Part shown: piece by piece, positions 10,195 through 22,479 of the stretch
Layout: every line of letters starts with the position of its first letter
Numbering within the stretch: the first letter of the stretch is position 1
DNA from: the human T2T-CHM13v2.0 reference genome, Homo sapiens
Assembly: GCF_009914755.1 (NCBI RefSeq)
Contig: NC_060948.1
DNA: 64,000 nt
Strand: one strand, 5' to 3'
The notes under the pieces: generated by a model
What the model was told of the DNA's origin: nothing
The model's database searches: none
What the model saw: only the letters and a program-made list of their open reading frames with translations
Program-made: the position numbers and the translations under genes

Positions 10195-11640
10195 GAGACA
10201 CTGGGTGTCCTCACCAATACTGAGGTGGGCCTTAATATCCAGCCAGATTGCCTTCTGGAAACACACGGAATGTCCTGTTCTGTTTTGCCATCTCTTCACA
10301 TTTCCTCCCCTGTGAGCCCTGTGTGGTCCTCCAGATTCCCTGTGCGGTGGCCTGCCTTTTTTGGGGTGGGGAGTTGCTGGGTGAATGAGGATGGCGGAGG
10401 GAACCAAGCATGTCAGTGGAGCGTGGTGTCATCCAAACGGTACTTAGCAGGCCTGGGAGAGTCATTCTGGGAGGACGCAGACCTAGAGAGGCCTCAGGTG
10501 GGCATCTGTGTGGAGGGTGAGAGATCCCTGGTTGAGCCCAAACTGAACCCCAGGTAGAAGCAAGCCTCAGGACAGGGAAGTAGCTAGCAAGGGATGATGA
10601 GGCAGCTATCTCTTGACCCTGGCTTCCCACCCATTGACCTTAGCTACTTATGCCTATTAAGCAGATTACGGTTCCCCCATCGTGAAATGTGGGTACCACA
10701 GTTCCCTGATGGGCATTTCTCCACCAGCCCATGATGGCCTGAGTTTCCTTACTGCAGTCTCCTCCCTGAGCCTTGGCTTCTCTATGTGTGTCCTAACTCC
10801 AGGACCCACAGGCCTGTCAACCCCCAGCCCTGGGCTGCTTCCCTGGCCTCTTCTCTGTTCCCTCTCTGAGGGCCTAACTCCCTTGGGTAGTGCTGCAGAA
10901 TATAGAGCCACAGGCCCTGGCTGATGATCTGGTGGACTGGGCAAATTGGTCGTGACAGGTCAGGTTCTGGTTCAAAGCCAATTCCTCCGATGCCAAGGAA
11001 TGTCGAAGAAGGTCCTTTGCCATGATGTCCCATAGCTGTCCCACCTCAGCAATCGTGCCGTAACCTGGGCCCTCACAGTCAGACAACCAGCTGAAGAAGC
11101 TCAGGCAGTGACCTGCGGGAAACTCGGGCTTTCACCTGCATGACCCTAGAACCACTGGACTGCAGTGGAGCCAGTCGCCCTGTATCCTGGAGGGAGACGA
11201 GTCAGGAAGGCGCACGCCAGGCCCAGCTCCCGAGGTACTACCCCCTCTACTCCTCAGGGAGGATGCCAACGCAATACTCCTTAGTCATCACTTTGTTTCC
11301 GAAGTAAATGTTGTGATGAAAGGCAAACTTCTTCCTACCCCTTGTATTCAGGGTGGCCGAGTTCCTCCACCTGCCTGTCCAAGAAGGAGAAACAGGGCTG
11401 TGAAGGGGCAATTTCATCTAGGTGGGCTGAGGTGGCACTCTAGCCGGGGTGAAGCATGCGTTTCCCCTTCCCAGCTTTCCCGCTGAGACACACCTGAGCC
11501 CCAGAAGGACCTCAACCTGACCAGGACCTTAGCACCCTCCCCCAGACCCAGGCTTTCCATCCTGACCTGCAAATCCAACATGCAGCTTTGAAGGACTTTC
11601 TCATGGTTTCTGAGCTCCTTGCTCTCACCAGAAAGAATCA
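10195..11640 (-). pseudogene. Mid-unit inverted TSPY-paralog relic (exon 2-5 homologs, no exon 1)
   Basis: Minus-strand VEELGHP..FHHNIYFGNKVMTKEY (exon 3), YRATGSTAVQWF*..LSFFSWLSDCEGPGYGTIAE (exon 4, 11045-11186) and IISQGLWLYILQHYP (exon 5), with stops and frameshifts. Confidence 0.8.
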
Positions 11641-13661
11641 GAACTTTTAAAGTGTTCTTTATGCCAACTTAAATTTTTCATTTTTACTACCTCATGTTTT
11701 GGATGAGGCATGTATTTTTAAATTTATTTTCACCCTTATTGTACCTCTATGATAAACTGCTTGCTTACATTCATACCGTAATTATCTCTCAGGTTACTTG
11801 TCTGTTCCTAAAGATTCACTGAAACGAAGAATTCTATATATGCTTGTATCTTTCAGCAACCGTATGTCAGATAACACTGCACATTACTGCAGACATCGCA
11901 TATACAGGTCCAAAGGTAGAGGAAGAAGAAGAAAGCAAGCGTTAAACTCTATTCATTCCTAAAAGCATATCAGAAACTCACAAATAACAGTGAAATCAAA
12001 GAATGATCACAGCCAATTCCATTACATACCTAGACTGAAATACGAAACTTCAAAGAAAAGAAACATTAGAACTTTGGGTTTGTAAAAATTTTCCTATATA
12101 GATAAAATTGTTGGTAACTGTGTCTCACTAGAAAACGTAAACAAAAATCCATGTTTTTCATATTTGTAAATATACATAGTTTTATTTCCATCAGTTATGA
12201 CATGCAAGCAAGTAATAAAGTGAAAGTACAATCAAATGATATATGGAACTTCCTCAGTCTTAAAATATTCCATGGAGACTATCAATTTTATGAAAACTAT
12301 AAAGAATGCTTCATGAAACTACATTGTACAGTGCCATTTACTATTTTACTGACATTTTAAATAATCAACAATTAAAGGGAATACGTCAACATTATTTAAT
12401 ACCAATAACGTTATTTTTCTTGAGTAATCCTGTTGAAATTAAGGATTTTAAATAAAACATTAAAAACAAATTATATTGACTGATTTCAGCTTTGGATGAA
12501 ATCATACTTGTGTATTTGTAGTAATGCGAAGCATAACTTTCTCCTCACAATTAATCTTTTATAACATCGGTGTTATAGTTTTCTCTGACACCAACATTGT
12601 GATATCGCACAGGTTTACTGCATGCATGCATTACATGCCTCCAGAGAGTAGGCTTCAAATATATGGAAAAATTATATTTATGAAAAAATTCTAGGAAAGG
12701 GAATGGTGAAATGGAAGAGAATTTCTCACTTGCTAACTGTTGGACATGGATTTGTATATATTTGGATATAGACACATACTGGCACACTGTGAGTTTGCCC
12801 ATGTATATATACACTTATATGAGAAACCCATAATATATGGGTTGTGTAACCTTTTAATTAATCCATAATTGTATGTGTGTGAAATTAGATAAGCGGTTAC
12901 CTTTTCTTTACTCAATTTGATGGAAAGCCAAAAAACTCTGTCCACCTTCATTTCAATTAATCCAATACTGTTAACTGCTGGTAGCTTCATTCTCCTTGTT
13001 CTCTTACGGCAACCGGAAAGTTAATTCTCGCTCTAATTTGGCTTTCAAGGTGCGATCAACAAGAGTGTCACCTTGCTGTGGATTGTGACCTCTGACTCCA
13101 CCTCTGTCTTCCTTTTGCAGTCCTACCTTTGCATAGGTAACAAACTTTGTACATGGTTAAAAGGATAAAAGTTCAGTGAAATGTCAAGCCATGCTGTGAA
13201 ATGTTCCATAGTTTCTATATCTCTAATTGTCCTTTGATGTTATAGAGGCAAGAAAAATAATTCAATGTTTTTCTTAGTATCTAGTCCAATGCACTCTTTC
13301 TTCATAATACTGCAAACAAGGCACTGACATGGAAACGTGGCTGGACGTCTCAAAATCTCTTCTCATTAATTACCATTATGTTAATCACTGTTGCCCACAA
13401 CTGGAATTGGACTTTGAAATCCCCTGGTGGAAATTGCTATAATGGCTCAAACTACTGGAAAGACTATCTTTTTTTTACCTGAAAATATCTGATGAGCATA
13501 GACGTATGCTATATACAGGAACATATTGTACATTAACAACATACCATCACTGCCACTCAATAATAGGTATCCCAAACCTTTGAGCCAAACTGAGCTCGGG
13601 TGCTCCCACAAAGCAAGCTTTTCCCTCCACAGATTTCTTATGTCAAAAAGCCACAACTCCA

Positions 13662-13962
13662 GGCCAGGCTTCGTGGCTCTTGTTGTAATTTCTACATTTT
13701 GGGAGGCCGAGGTTGGTGGGTCACTTGAGGTCAGGAGTTGGAGACCAGCATGGGCAACATGGCAAAAAGCTGTCTCTACCAAAAATACAAAAATTAGCCA
13801 GACCTAGTGGCACTTTCCTGTGGTCCCAGCTACTTGGGAGGCTGAGGCAGGAGAACCACCTGAACATGGGTGGCAGAGATTGTATAGTAAGCCAAGATCA
13901 GACTACTGCACTCCAGCCTGGATGACACAGCGAGACCATGACTGAAAAAAGAAAAAAAAAAA
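13662..13962 (+). mobile_element. Alu (also ~33945-34246 and ~54252-54554)
   Basis: GGCCAGGC...TTTGGGAGGCCGAGG...GAGGTCAGGAGTT...TCTACCAAAAATACAAAAATTAGCC...CACTCCAGCCTGG plus an A tail. Confidence 0.9.
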
Positions 13963-14011
13963 TAAAGGCAACTCCACTCGTCCACTGGCTTAGGTAAAAA
14001 GTACTGGAGTT

Positions 14012-14320
14012 GGCTGGGCTCGGTGGCTCACACCTGTATTCCCAGCACTTTGGATTTTGGGAAGCTGAGTCGGGCGGGTCACCTGAGATCTGTAGTAGGA
14101 GAGCAGCCTGGCCAACATGGTGAAGCCTGGCTTCTACTAAAACTACAAAACATTAGCTGAGCGTGGTGATGCATGCTTGTAATCCCAGCTACTGCAGAGG
14201 CTGAACCTGGGAGGCGGAGGATGTGTTGAGCTGAGATCCTGCCACTGCGCTCCAGCCTGGTCTACAGAGCGAGAGTACCCTGTGAGAAACAAAGGTGAAG
14301 AGAACAAGAAAAAAAAAATG
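14012..14320 (+). mobile_element. Second, tandem Alu (also ~34296-34604 and ~54604-54912)
   Basis: GGCTGGGCTCGGTGGCTCACACCTGTATTCCCAGCACTTTGG...GCCTGGCCAACATGGTGAA...CTCCAGCCTGG. Confidence 0.88.
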
Positions 14321-14424
14321 AGAAAAATAAGACCCACTGCAAAAGGTTGCCACAGAAAAGATTAAACATTTCAGCAACTTCTATCTTCTGTCATGGAAGC
14401 CAAGGTTATTTGGACCAAACCTCC

Positions 14425-14777
14425 TGTCTTAGTTCATTTTCACGCTGCTGAAGAAGAGATACCTGAAACTGGGAATAAAAGGAGGTTTAATTGGACTGAC
14501 AGTTCCACATGGCTGTGGAGGCCTCAGAATCATGGTATACGAATAAAGGCACTTCTTACATGGCAATGCCAAGAGAGAATGAGGAAGAACCTGAGGCAGA
14601 AACCCCTGAAAAACCCATCAGATCCCGTGAGACTTCTTCACTGTCACAAGAATAGCATGAGAAAGACCGACCCCCATGATTCAATTACCTCCCCCTGGGT
14701 CCCACCCGCAACACGAGGGAATTCTGGGAGATACAATTGAAGCTGAGATTTGAATGGAGACACACCAAACCATGTCA
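14425..14777. mobile_element. Solo THE1/MaLR-type LTR, ~353 bp (also 34709-35061 and 55017-55369)
   Basis: TGTCTTAGTTCATTTTCACGCTGCTGA...CCCCCATGATTCAATTACCTCCC...GGGAATTCTGGGAGATACAATT...CAAACCATGTCA, with TG..CA ends and a near-perfect 5-bp TSD CCTCC/CTTCC. Confidence 0.88.
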
Positions 14778-15259
14778 CTTCCCAAACAATTAAAAATTCC
14801 CAATAGAAGAAGCATTAATTATATCAAAAAGTGGTGGACCAAGAAGGAACTATTAGCCTCATATCTCAAGAAAGACTCCAGTCAAGGCCTAGGGACTACT
14901 CATGAAAAGAGTTTAATAGCCGACTCTCTCCCAGTGGATCTGGATTCCACCGGACTGTATCTTCACAGTAAGGGTGAAACAGAAGCAAACCCATTCCTAT
15001 TTCCAAGCTCAAGGAACTTTGGTCAAAGTTCTCTTGGAGCTGAGCAGAACAAGGAGGCAAACAGAAAAGATTTGTGTCCCTGAGAAGTCATGGCCACAGG
15101 CTGGCTATCACACAGATTGTCAAGCCAGTTCCATATTGCATGGGTATTACAGAAAATCTCAAAACATAAATTTGTGTGTGGGTTGTCCCAGAGTAGCAGG
15201 ATCTGGCAGAAGGAAATTTCCTTCTAACCCTCAAAGAATCCACATAAATCTTGTTACAT

Positions 15260-16220
15260 TTGGGATTTTACGATTTGCTTCAGGAATGAGAATGGCCTTA
15301 ATTTTCATATCTTTTTCTACACTCAGTTTATGGCTTGTTGGCGTCAAAGTTCTGCTTGCTTCACACAATGAGTTTAGGATTTTCCCTTTTTTATTCTATA
15401 GAATTCTTCATATATATTGAAATGCTCTGCCTGGGGAAAAAAATCTGAGCCTAGCGTTTTATCTCTAGGAAGAATCCTTTATTTCCTTGAACATTTATGA
15501 GACTATACAGATTATATATGTCTTCTTGTATCAATTTTACTAAGCTATATACATAGCTTATGTTTATATATTATATATATAAATGTAAGATACAAATATA
15601 AAAATTATGTATAAATATGAAAATATATATAGAAAGCGATATATATGTCTATATATATAGACAGATTATAAATATCTGTCTATTTGATCTAAGTTTTCAA
15701 ATTTGTAGGTTAAGGTGTTAATGATATTTCCTTATTAGCTTCTTAATCTATGCTGTATCTATGGTTGTGTACCTTTTAAATTCTTAGTTTTATCTATGTT
15801 TTCTCCCTTTTTTTCTAAACTTGACTGACGGTTGCATCATTTATTATATTTCTCCAACAAGCAAAGGTTAGCTTTGTATGTTTTACTAATTTTGTCTACA
15901 TCATTATTCCCACACTTTAGTTTTTCAGAATTGATTCTGTTGTTTCTTTTCTAATTCTTTATTGAAATATCTAGTACATTAATTTTCAAGTTATTAGAGA
16001 AATATTTGTCTGTAAACTCCTATTGTAATATCACTTTTCTTGCTACTCACAGATTTAATCTTTAATATTGGCGGTATCATTGAGTTCTAAGTACATTTCA
16101 ATTCCTAGTATGATAATCTATGAATTGCTGAGAAATAGTGTTTACAATTTTGTTGTTCTATTTCCACTTAAGTTTATTTTTACTTCTGCTAACTCAATTG
16201 AAAATTCTTTACTAATTTTT
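15260..16220 (-). mobile_element. Probable highly degenerate L1 fragments with an AT-rich low-complexity insert
   Basis: T-rich, antisense-L1-like composition only; no clean motif verified. Confidence 0.4.
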
Positions 16221-16225
16221 AAAAT

Positions 16226-16340
16226 CCTTGAACCCAAGAGATGGAGGTTGCAGTGAGCTGAGATCAGGCCACTGCATTCCAGACTGAGTGACAGAGTGGA
16301 ACGAGATTTCAAAACAAAACAAAACAAAACAAAACAAAAC
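16226..16340 (+). mobile_element. Alu 3' fragment with (AAAAC)n tail (also ~36510-36624 and ~56815-56929)
   Basis: CTTGAACCCAAGAGATGGAGGTTGCAGTGAGCTGAGATC...CACTGCATTCCAG followed by (AAAAC)n. Confidence 0.85.
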
Positions 16341-17892
16341 AGTCACTGGAAAGATAATAAAATACATAAATGTGGGATGTAATATGTAATCGTGATAAAA
16401 TAAACTGGATTTTTTGTATAAGTTATACATATAAATGTAATGCCAAGACACTGATAAGACAACTCATGGTCTTATCTCAATACTTAGTGTCTTCATGTAA
16501 CATATGTCCTTTAGGATAGTTATAGTCCGTTTTCTTTCCAGGAGAGACAGATGAGAATGCAGAAATGTTAAAGTGCAAGGGACGGAAGCTTCCAGCTGTG
16601 CCCACCTGTAACCTGACGTAGACAGTTCCACCGTTTGCTTCATTAATCATGCCAAAGGCTCTAATGCAAATGTGGTACAGAGTCACATGTTTTTGTATCT
16701 ACATGATAGAAACTATAACTTCATCCCTATATAGAAGGGTATATAGCATATGCCTCAGTGATAAATATAAGTGAATCATTGATCAGTAGGAAACCATTTT
16801 AAAAGTCTTTCATAACAGAACAAAATCCCTGAAAACATTTTCTTCTCAATCTCTGAGTTTTCTTACACGGCTTATGAATCTCTAGCCATACTAAAGAGAT
16901 AGTATGCTGCTCTTCCCACAAATTATTCATTGTATATAATTCCTGTAATCTAATAACAGTACCTTTACACCTCAGGGTTTAAAATGACTCCAACCTTTTT
17001 CTGTTTCTCCAATTAAAATAACTTTTTTAAGGTTTAATCTTCAGTAATTTTTTGTAGTAATATTTTTGAAGGTATTTGACCAGGATGATTTGCTTATATA
17101 CCTACCTGACGTCTCCCTTTCTTCTGAATACATATTTTATTACCCACCTATTAGATCTAAGTTTAAGAAGTTGGAATAGGGATTTAAATCTAAATTCTAC
17201 ATTTGAATTTACAGGAGTCAGCGAGTCGGGGAAGTGCCTTTATGCACAGACCAATATCTGGCAATGGCACTAGGAGACAAATAAGCTTTACCAGTCTCAA
17301 AGCCCTGGCTACTACAGTGAATCCACCCTTCTCCTGGATCTTATCTACTTCAGCAAAAGAAGGCCACCCACTAAACCAGGCCCTTGTACTTTGGGTGGAA
17401 ACTCCTAAGTCCTCTAGTCTCCTCAAACAGACAGCCAGGCTGCCAATTTCCACAATAATAATTTCTATAGCACTGAGTCTTTGGTAGCCTTGTAACTATA
17501 GCTACTGATGCTACAGTCTGGTCCCTGTATGATAAAACACCAGAGCAACAGAAACAAAAATATTGACTGAAGCCTTCTAAAATCTCTCTAAATATACCTT
17601 CAATAAATATCGTTTTTTTTTACAGAACGACTGCTTTCAGCTTCCTGAACGAACGCTTGGCCTTCGCTAGTTGTCACTGTTGAAATTGATTCAAAAGTGT
17701 ACATTTAACATGAAAGTCAACACAGAATTTCATGTGTCAGCAACTAAAATTTTCAAAATGTTGCAAAATACAAATGTGAAACTGTATTTGTGAAATTTAC
17801 CATTCATTGAAATTATATTTTCATACCTACCCAGGCACAGAATTTTTTATAACTGTCTGCATGTTCTCCTCATGTGGGGGAAAAACAGCATC

Positions 17893-18000
17893 AGCAGGCA
17901 GAGGAATCCTTTGAAGCTGGAGGGAGAGGTTGCAGTGATCTGAGAGTTTGCCACTTGACTGCAGCCTGGATGACACAGTGAGACTCCAACTGAAAAGAAA

Positions 18001-18037
<37 letters not shown>

Positions 18038-18100
18038 AAAATTGATAAGTAAAAAAAAAATCCGTATTCGAAAACATGCTCACAGGCTAACTCCCATATC

Positions 18101-18150
<50 letters not shown>
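17893..18150 (+). repeat. Alu 3' fragment followed by two (CA)n microsatellites (~18003-18035 and ~18103-18150), length-variable between units
   Basis: GAGGTTGCAGTGATCTGAG...CAGCCTGGATGACACAGTGAGACTCC and then the CA tracts. Confidence 0.85.
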
Positions 18151-18153
<3 letters not shown>

Positions 18154-18569
18154 TCCTTGAAAACGAAAGTTCCACAAGGGCGAAACAAGAAAACAAATTT
18201 AACACCCCCCAAAGAAAGTACGAAGAGTAACCTCAAAAGAACCGCAGGGGAAAACAATTCAAAATTTACAAGTATCTACCCTAAAAGAAGCTGAAAGTCC
18301 CTCAAAAACTTTCCAGAGGCCATGTCCTTGTATTACAAAAATGATCATAAAAACTGGCAGGAGTAGACGAATAGAAATGCATCTTAAAACTTGCTGAACA
18401 CTTCAAGTCTCCCATAAGAATTGTAATGGAAAATGGATCAGTCGGCAGTTTTTTCCATACAATTATGAACAAATTATATTTCTTCATACATAGATTTGTT
18501 TTTTCAATATTCTAAGGAATTAACTTTTATATTAATAGTAGGTGATGTAAGAAAGCAGGCCTTTATCAA

Positions 18570-21470
18570 GATAACTGACACTGGATGTCCATACCATTAC
18601 TCAGGTGGGCCTTAATTCCCAGCCAGGTTCCCTCCCTGGACACACACTGAAGGTCCCCAGCCATTTGGCAATCTCTTCACATTCCCAGCCCTGGAGGTAG
18701 CCCTAAAATACATGTACCTGAAGAAAATAAAACATTGCCTCACACTGGAGCCCAGTGTGGTCCTCCAGATTCCGTGTGAGGTGGACTAACTTATATGGGA
18801 AGGCAGGGCAGCGGGAGTGAGGATGGCAGAGAGGATTACACATGTCAAGGCAGCCGGGGTCATGGAAACAAAACATGACTGGCCTGGGAGAAACACTGTG
18901 AAAGGACACAGACCTAGGTGGGCCTCAGGTGGACATCCTCGTGGAGAAAAAGGGGGCCCTGGTTGATCTCAAAATGAGCCCCAGGTGGTAGCAGGTCTTA
19001 CCGCAGGGCAGGGAGCTGGCGAGTAATGATGAGACAGCTATCCCTTAAGCCCTGCTTGTCACCCACTGACTTTAGCCACATATGCATCATAGTGGCTTAA
19101 GGTGCCCCGATCCTGAAATGTGGGTGTTACATGTCCCTGATGGGCCTCTCTCCCCCAACCCACGGATTGCCTGGGATTGCTCACTGCAGTCTCCTCCCGG
19201 ATCCTTGGGTTCTCCATGTGGGGCCCAGATCCAGGTCAAAAGGCCTCTCAGTTCCCAGCCCTTCCCAGCCCTAGGCTGCTCGCCTGGCCTCCTCTCTGTT
19301 CCGCCTCTAGGGCTGACCCTCTCTCCATGGGATAGAACTGCAATGGATTGAGCCATAGGCCCTGGCTGATGATCTAGGGGACTGCAGAAGTGGGTCCAGG
19401 ACAGTTCAGGTGACAGTTCAAAGCCAATTCCCCAGAGACCAAGGAATGACCAGCTAGGTCCTTTCCCATGATGCCCCATGGCGAACCCCACCTCAGCAAT
19501 CCTGCCAAAACCCGGGCAGTCATGTTCAGCCAAACAGCTGAATGAGCTCAGGTAGGAGGTGTACTGCCTGCAGCTGGAGGCTTGACCTTCGTGATCCCAG
19601 AACCGCTGGACTGCAGTGGAATGAGACACCCTGTAGCCTGCAGGGAGAGGAGTCAGGAAGGTTCATGCCAGTCCCACCCTCCCACACACCAGCTCCCCTA
19701 CCATGCTGGGAGGCATTCCTTACCGAGGATGCCAACACAGTGCTCCTTCATGATGATTTCACTGTGGAAATAAAGGTTGGGATGAAAGGAAATCATCCTG
19801 CCACCGGTAACCGGGATGGCTGAGTTCCTCCACCTGCCGGATCAAGGAGAAAGAGGATGGATTCAATGGGACCATCTCAACTAGCCGGGCTGAGGTGGCC
19901 TACTAGCTGTAGTGAACCATGAGTTTCCCCTTCCCAGCTCTCCCACTGAGACAACCCTGGTCCCCAGGGGGACCTCAAACTGACTCAGACACTGGACTCC
20001 TCCCACAGACCCAGGCTCCCCAGCCTGACCTGCAAATCCATCACGTAGCAAAGCAGGACTTCCGCATGCTTTCCGACCCACGCCGACATCTCGTGTGCCA
20101 AACAATCTACCTCTGCGCAAGAACTCTCCAGAGGATTGGGTGGGCAAGCCTCGTGACGCCTTGCAATTTCGCAAGAACACAGACAATGTGGAACAGGGCC
20201 ATCTCCCAGACATTTGGCCAGTCACCCTTCATTGTTGGCCCTCTATCTCTGTCTGGCGAGGAGGCAACGCCACAACTGTGGTGGTTTTTGGAGTGGGTGG
20301 ACCCCGGCCAAGACGGCCTGGGCTGACCAGAGACGGGAGGCAGAAAAAGTGGGCAGGTGGTTGCAGCTGAGGGACGGGAGGGACCGGGGGTGGTGTGAGG
20401 CGGCTGCTTCTCTGAGTTTCTGAGATGCAGGAGGCCTTTGTGTGCTGGGTGCTGGACATGCTCCGCTGATGTCCGGGTGTGTGGTGTCCTCTTATCCTAG
20501 TCTCCCTGAGGGGTGGGCCTGTCCACCTGAGGGAAGCCTTGTAGTTAGAAGCCACAGCAGGGTCGTGCCTGGCGCTCTCCAAGGGAATTGCGTGGGTCCA
20601 GAGGAAGTTATACAGGCTCAGGGCCTACACGCCTTTGAGTGCAGCGCCTGCAGTTGGATGAATGCGCATCTGCGGAGCTGGTGCCCGCCGTCAGGTGGTC
20701 GGCAGCCCCATGCGCCGCGAACCCGTCTTAAGCACCTTGTGTTTCTGGGGTGAGCCTGCTGGAAACAGGCACCGAGAGCAGGGGTGGTTCAATGGCTGGT
20801 AATGGCATACAGATTCCCCGTCCTCCAGGGACGTTCCCAGGGAAACGCGTCCTTCGAATTTGGGCTGTGCGCAAAGGGACCTTGGCGCCGCGATTCTCCC
20901 TTGTCAGTGCTGGCCCTGGCTCCCCTTCCCTACCACGTGCTCCCAGGGCTGCTACAAGCGAGCTGCCCTCACAGCTGCGGGAACGTGGCCTCGGCTCCCA
21001 CGCTGTCCCCCATCCCCTGCCTCCTGGCTGACCCCACGTGCCTCCCACCTGGCTCCTCCCCGCAAACAGCCCCCATACCCCCCGAGGCCCGATGACTATC
21101 CCCTGCTGCCCGCCATCCCAAATCGGCAGCCGCAAGGATATGGCTCTGGCTCACAAGGCGGAGATGCTCTGTGGCCTGGGGCATTCACGGAGCCCAGCTC
21201 CAAGTGAAGGACCTCCAGCGAGTCCATTGACGGCCCCGGTGTGCTCGGTCCAGGGCCAGGCTGTGCCCGCTGGCCCTCCTTCTGCCACCCCACGTCGGGC
21301 TCCACCTCAACCACCACCTCCACCTCAGCCATGATGTCTTCCACCTTCAGCACCGCCTCCTCTTCCAAGGCCGCCTCCTTGCTCTGTACCCCGGCCGTCC
21401 TCTCCAGCATTGCCTCCAGCCTCAACACGGTTTTCTCCTGGGTGCTCCCACAGACCCTGGGCCTGCGCAG
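18570..21470 (-). pseudogene. FAM197Y: Inverted TSPY-derived locus (exon 1-5 homologs), likely the FAM197Y/CYorf16 non-coding transcript
   Basis: Exon homologs at ~21142-21470, 20030-20106, 19724-19833, 19492-19637 and 19284-19373, with splice dinucleotides. Frameshifts and a TGA are present. The gene name comes from knowledge of the array, not from the sequence. Confidence 0.8.
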
Positions 21471-22479
21471 CCCAGCCCAGCCCAGCCCATGCCCCGCACC
21501 CGTAGGCTCTGGGGGCCCGCTCCCCAGCAGACCCGCTCCCTGCAAGACCCACGGGCGTCGCCCTGCTGTGAACCTGGTCCCACACCTACGTGGACCCAGG
21601 TTTCCTGAGGAGCTCCGCTGGACCCGCAGATCCCGCACTGGCCAAAGGGCTCCGGTCCCCAGCAGGCTCAACTGCGCACAGGAGCTCGGGAGCCAGAGGC
21701 CCCGGCCCTGGGCTTGCAGAGCCCCACCAACAGGCACCGCAACCGCTGCTGCGGGTGCGGGAGCCTCTGGGTCGTCAAGGCAGCGCACAACAGCGTGCGC
21801 GCAGGCCAACAATGGCCAACCCTGGCGGCTGGCCTCTGGTGTGCCCAGGGCATAGGACAAGAGGCCCTTTGGAATGCTCCCTGGAGTACAGCATCCTCAG
21901 GGAGGAAGCATGGTACTCGGAGCCTCTATTTGCCTCGACCTGTGAGAGTGTGTGCCGGGGCTCTGGCCTCTACAGCAGATCAATTCCACCTCAGCACCGG
22001 CAGGCGACTTTCCTCCCACGTGCCCGCCCCGATCACTTCCCCCAGGACACCCCTGCCGCCCTAGCCCCAGCAACCAGAGAGAGTTCTCTGCATCTGCTGT
22101 ATTACCTCCGTACCATCTACCTGGCCTGCCTAACGAAGAGAGATGTTTCCTGTGTTCATGACACAGATGTTCATGGCTTGCCACACTGAGGATGTCAGGG
22201 CACAGGGCTGCCATGCCCACAATTCCAAAGGCCACGCAGCCCGCGTGTGCCCGGATGCCTAGCTACCCGGCACAAGCTCCAAGGGCTTCTCGGAGGAGGC
22301 TTGGGCAGGGAAGGCGGGGGGTGGGGGGGCTGGAGATGCAGGCCCGCCAGTGGCTGTGCCGCCCAGGGAGACGCCCACCGCCCTCCCATTGATTGGCCAC
22401 GACGGGAGGAAGTCGGCCTGGGTGCGGCCCCCCGGCCCTTCGCGCGCAGTCCCTTAGGGGGCGCCTGGAAGCCCGGCGC

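Noticed and set aside
12890-13145. Exon-like segment with donor-like sites on both strands
   Set aside because: The frames I tried contain stops and I recognise no homology.
22393-22479. 29-aa N-terminal extension of TSPY (MATTGGSR...) in copies 2-4
   Set aside because: It starts at a TTG inside the CCAAT box, probably upstream of the TSS, so it is an artefact of alternative start-codon calling.
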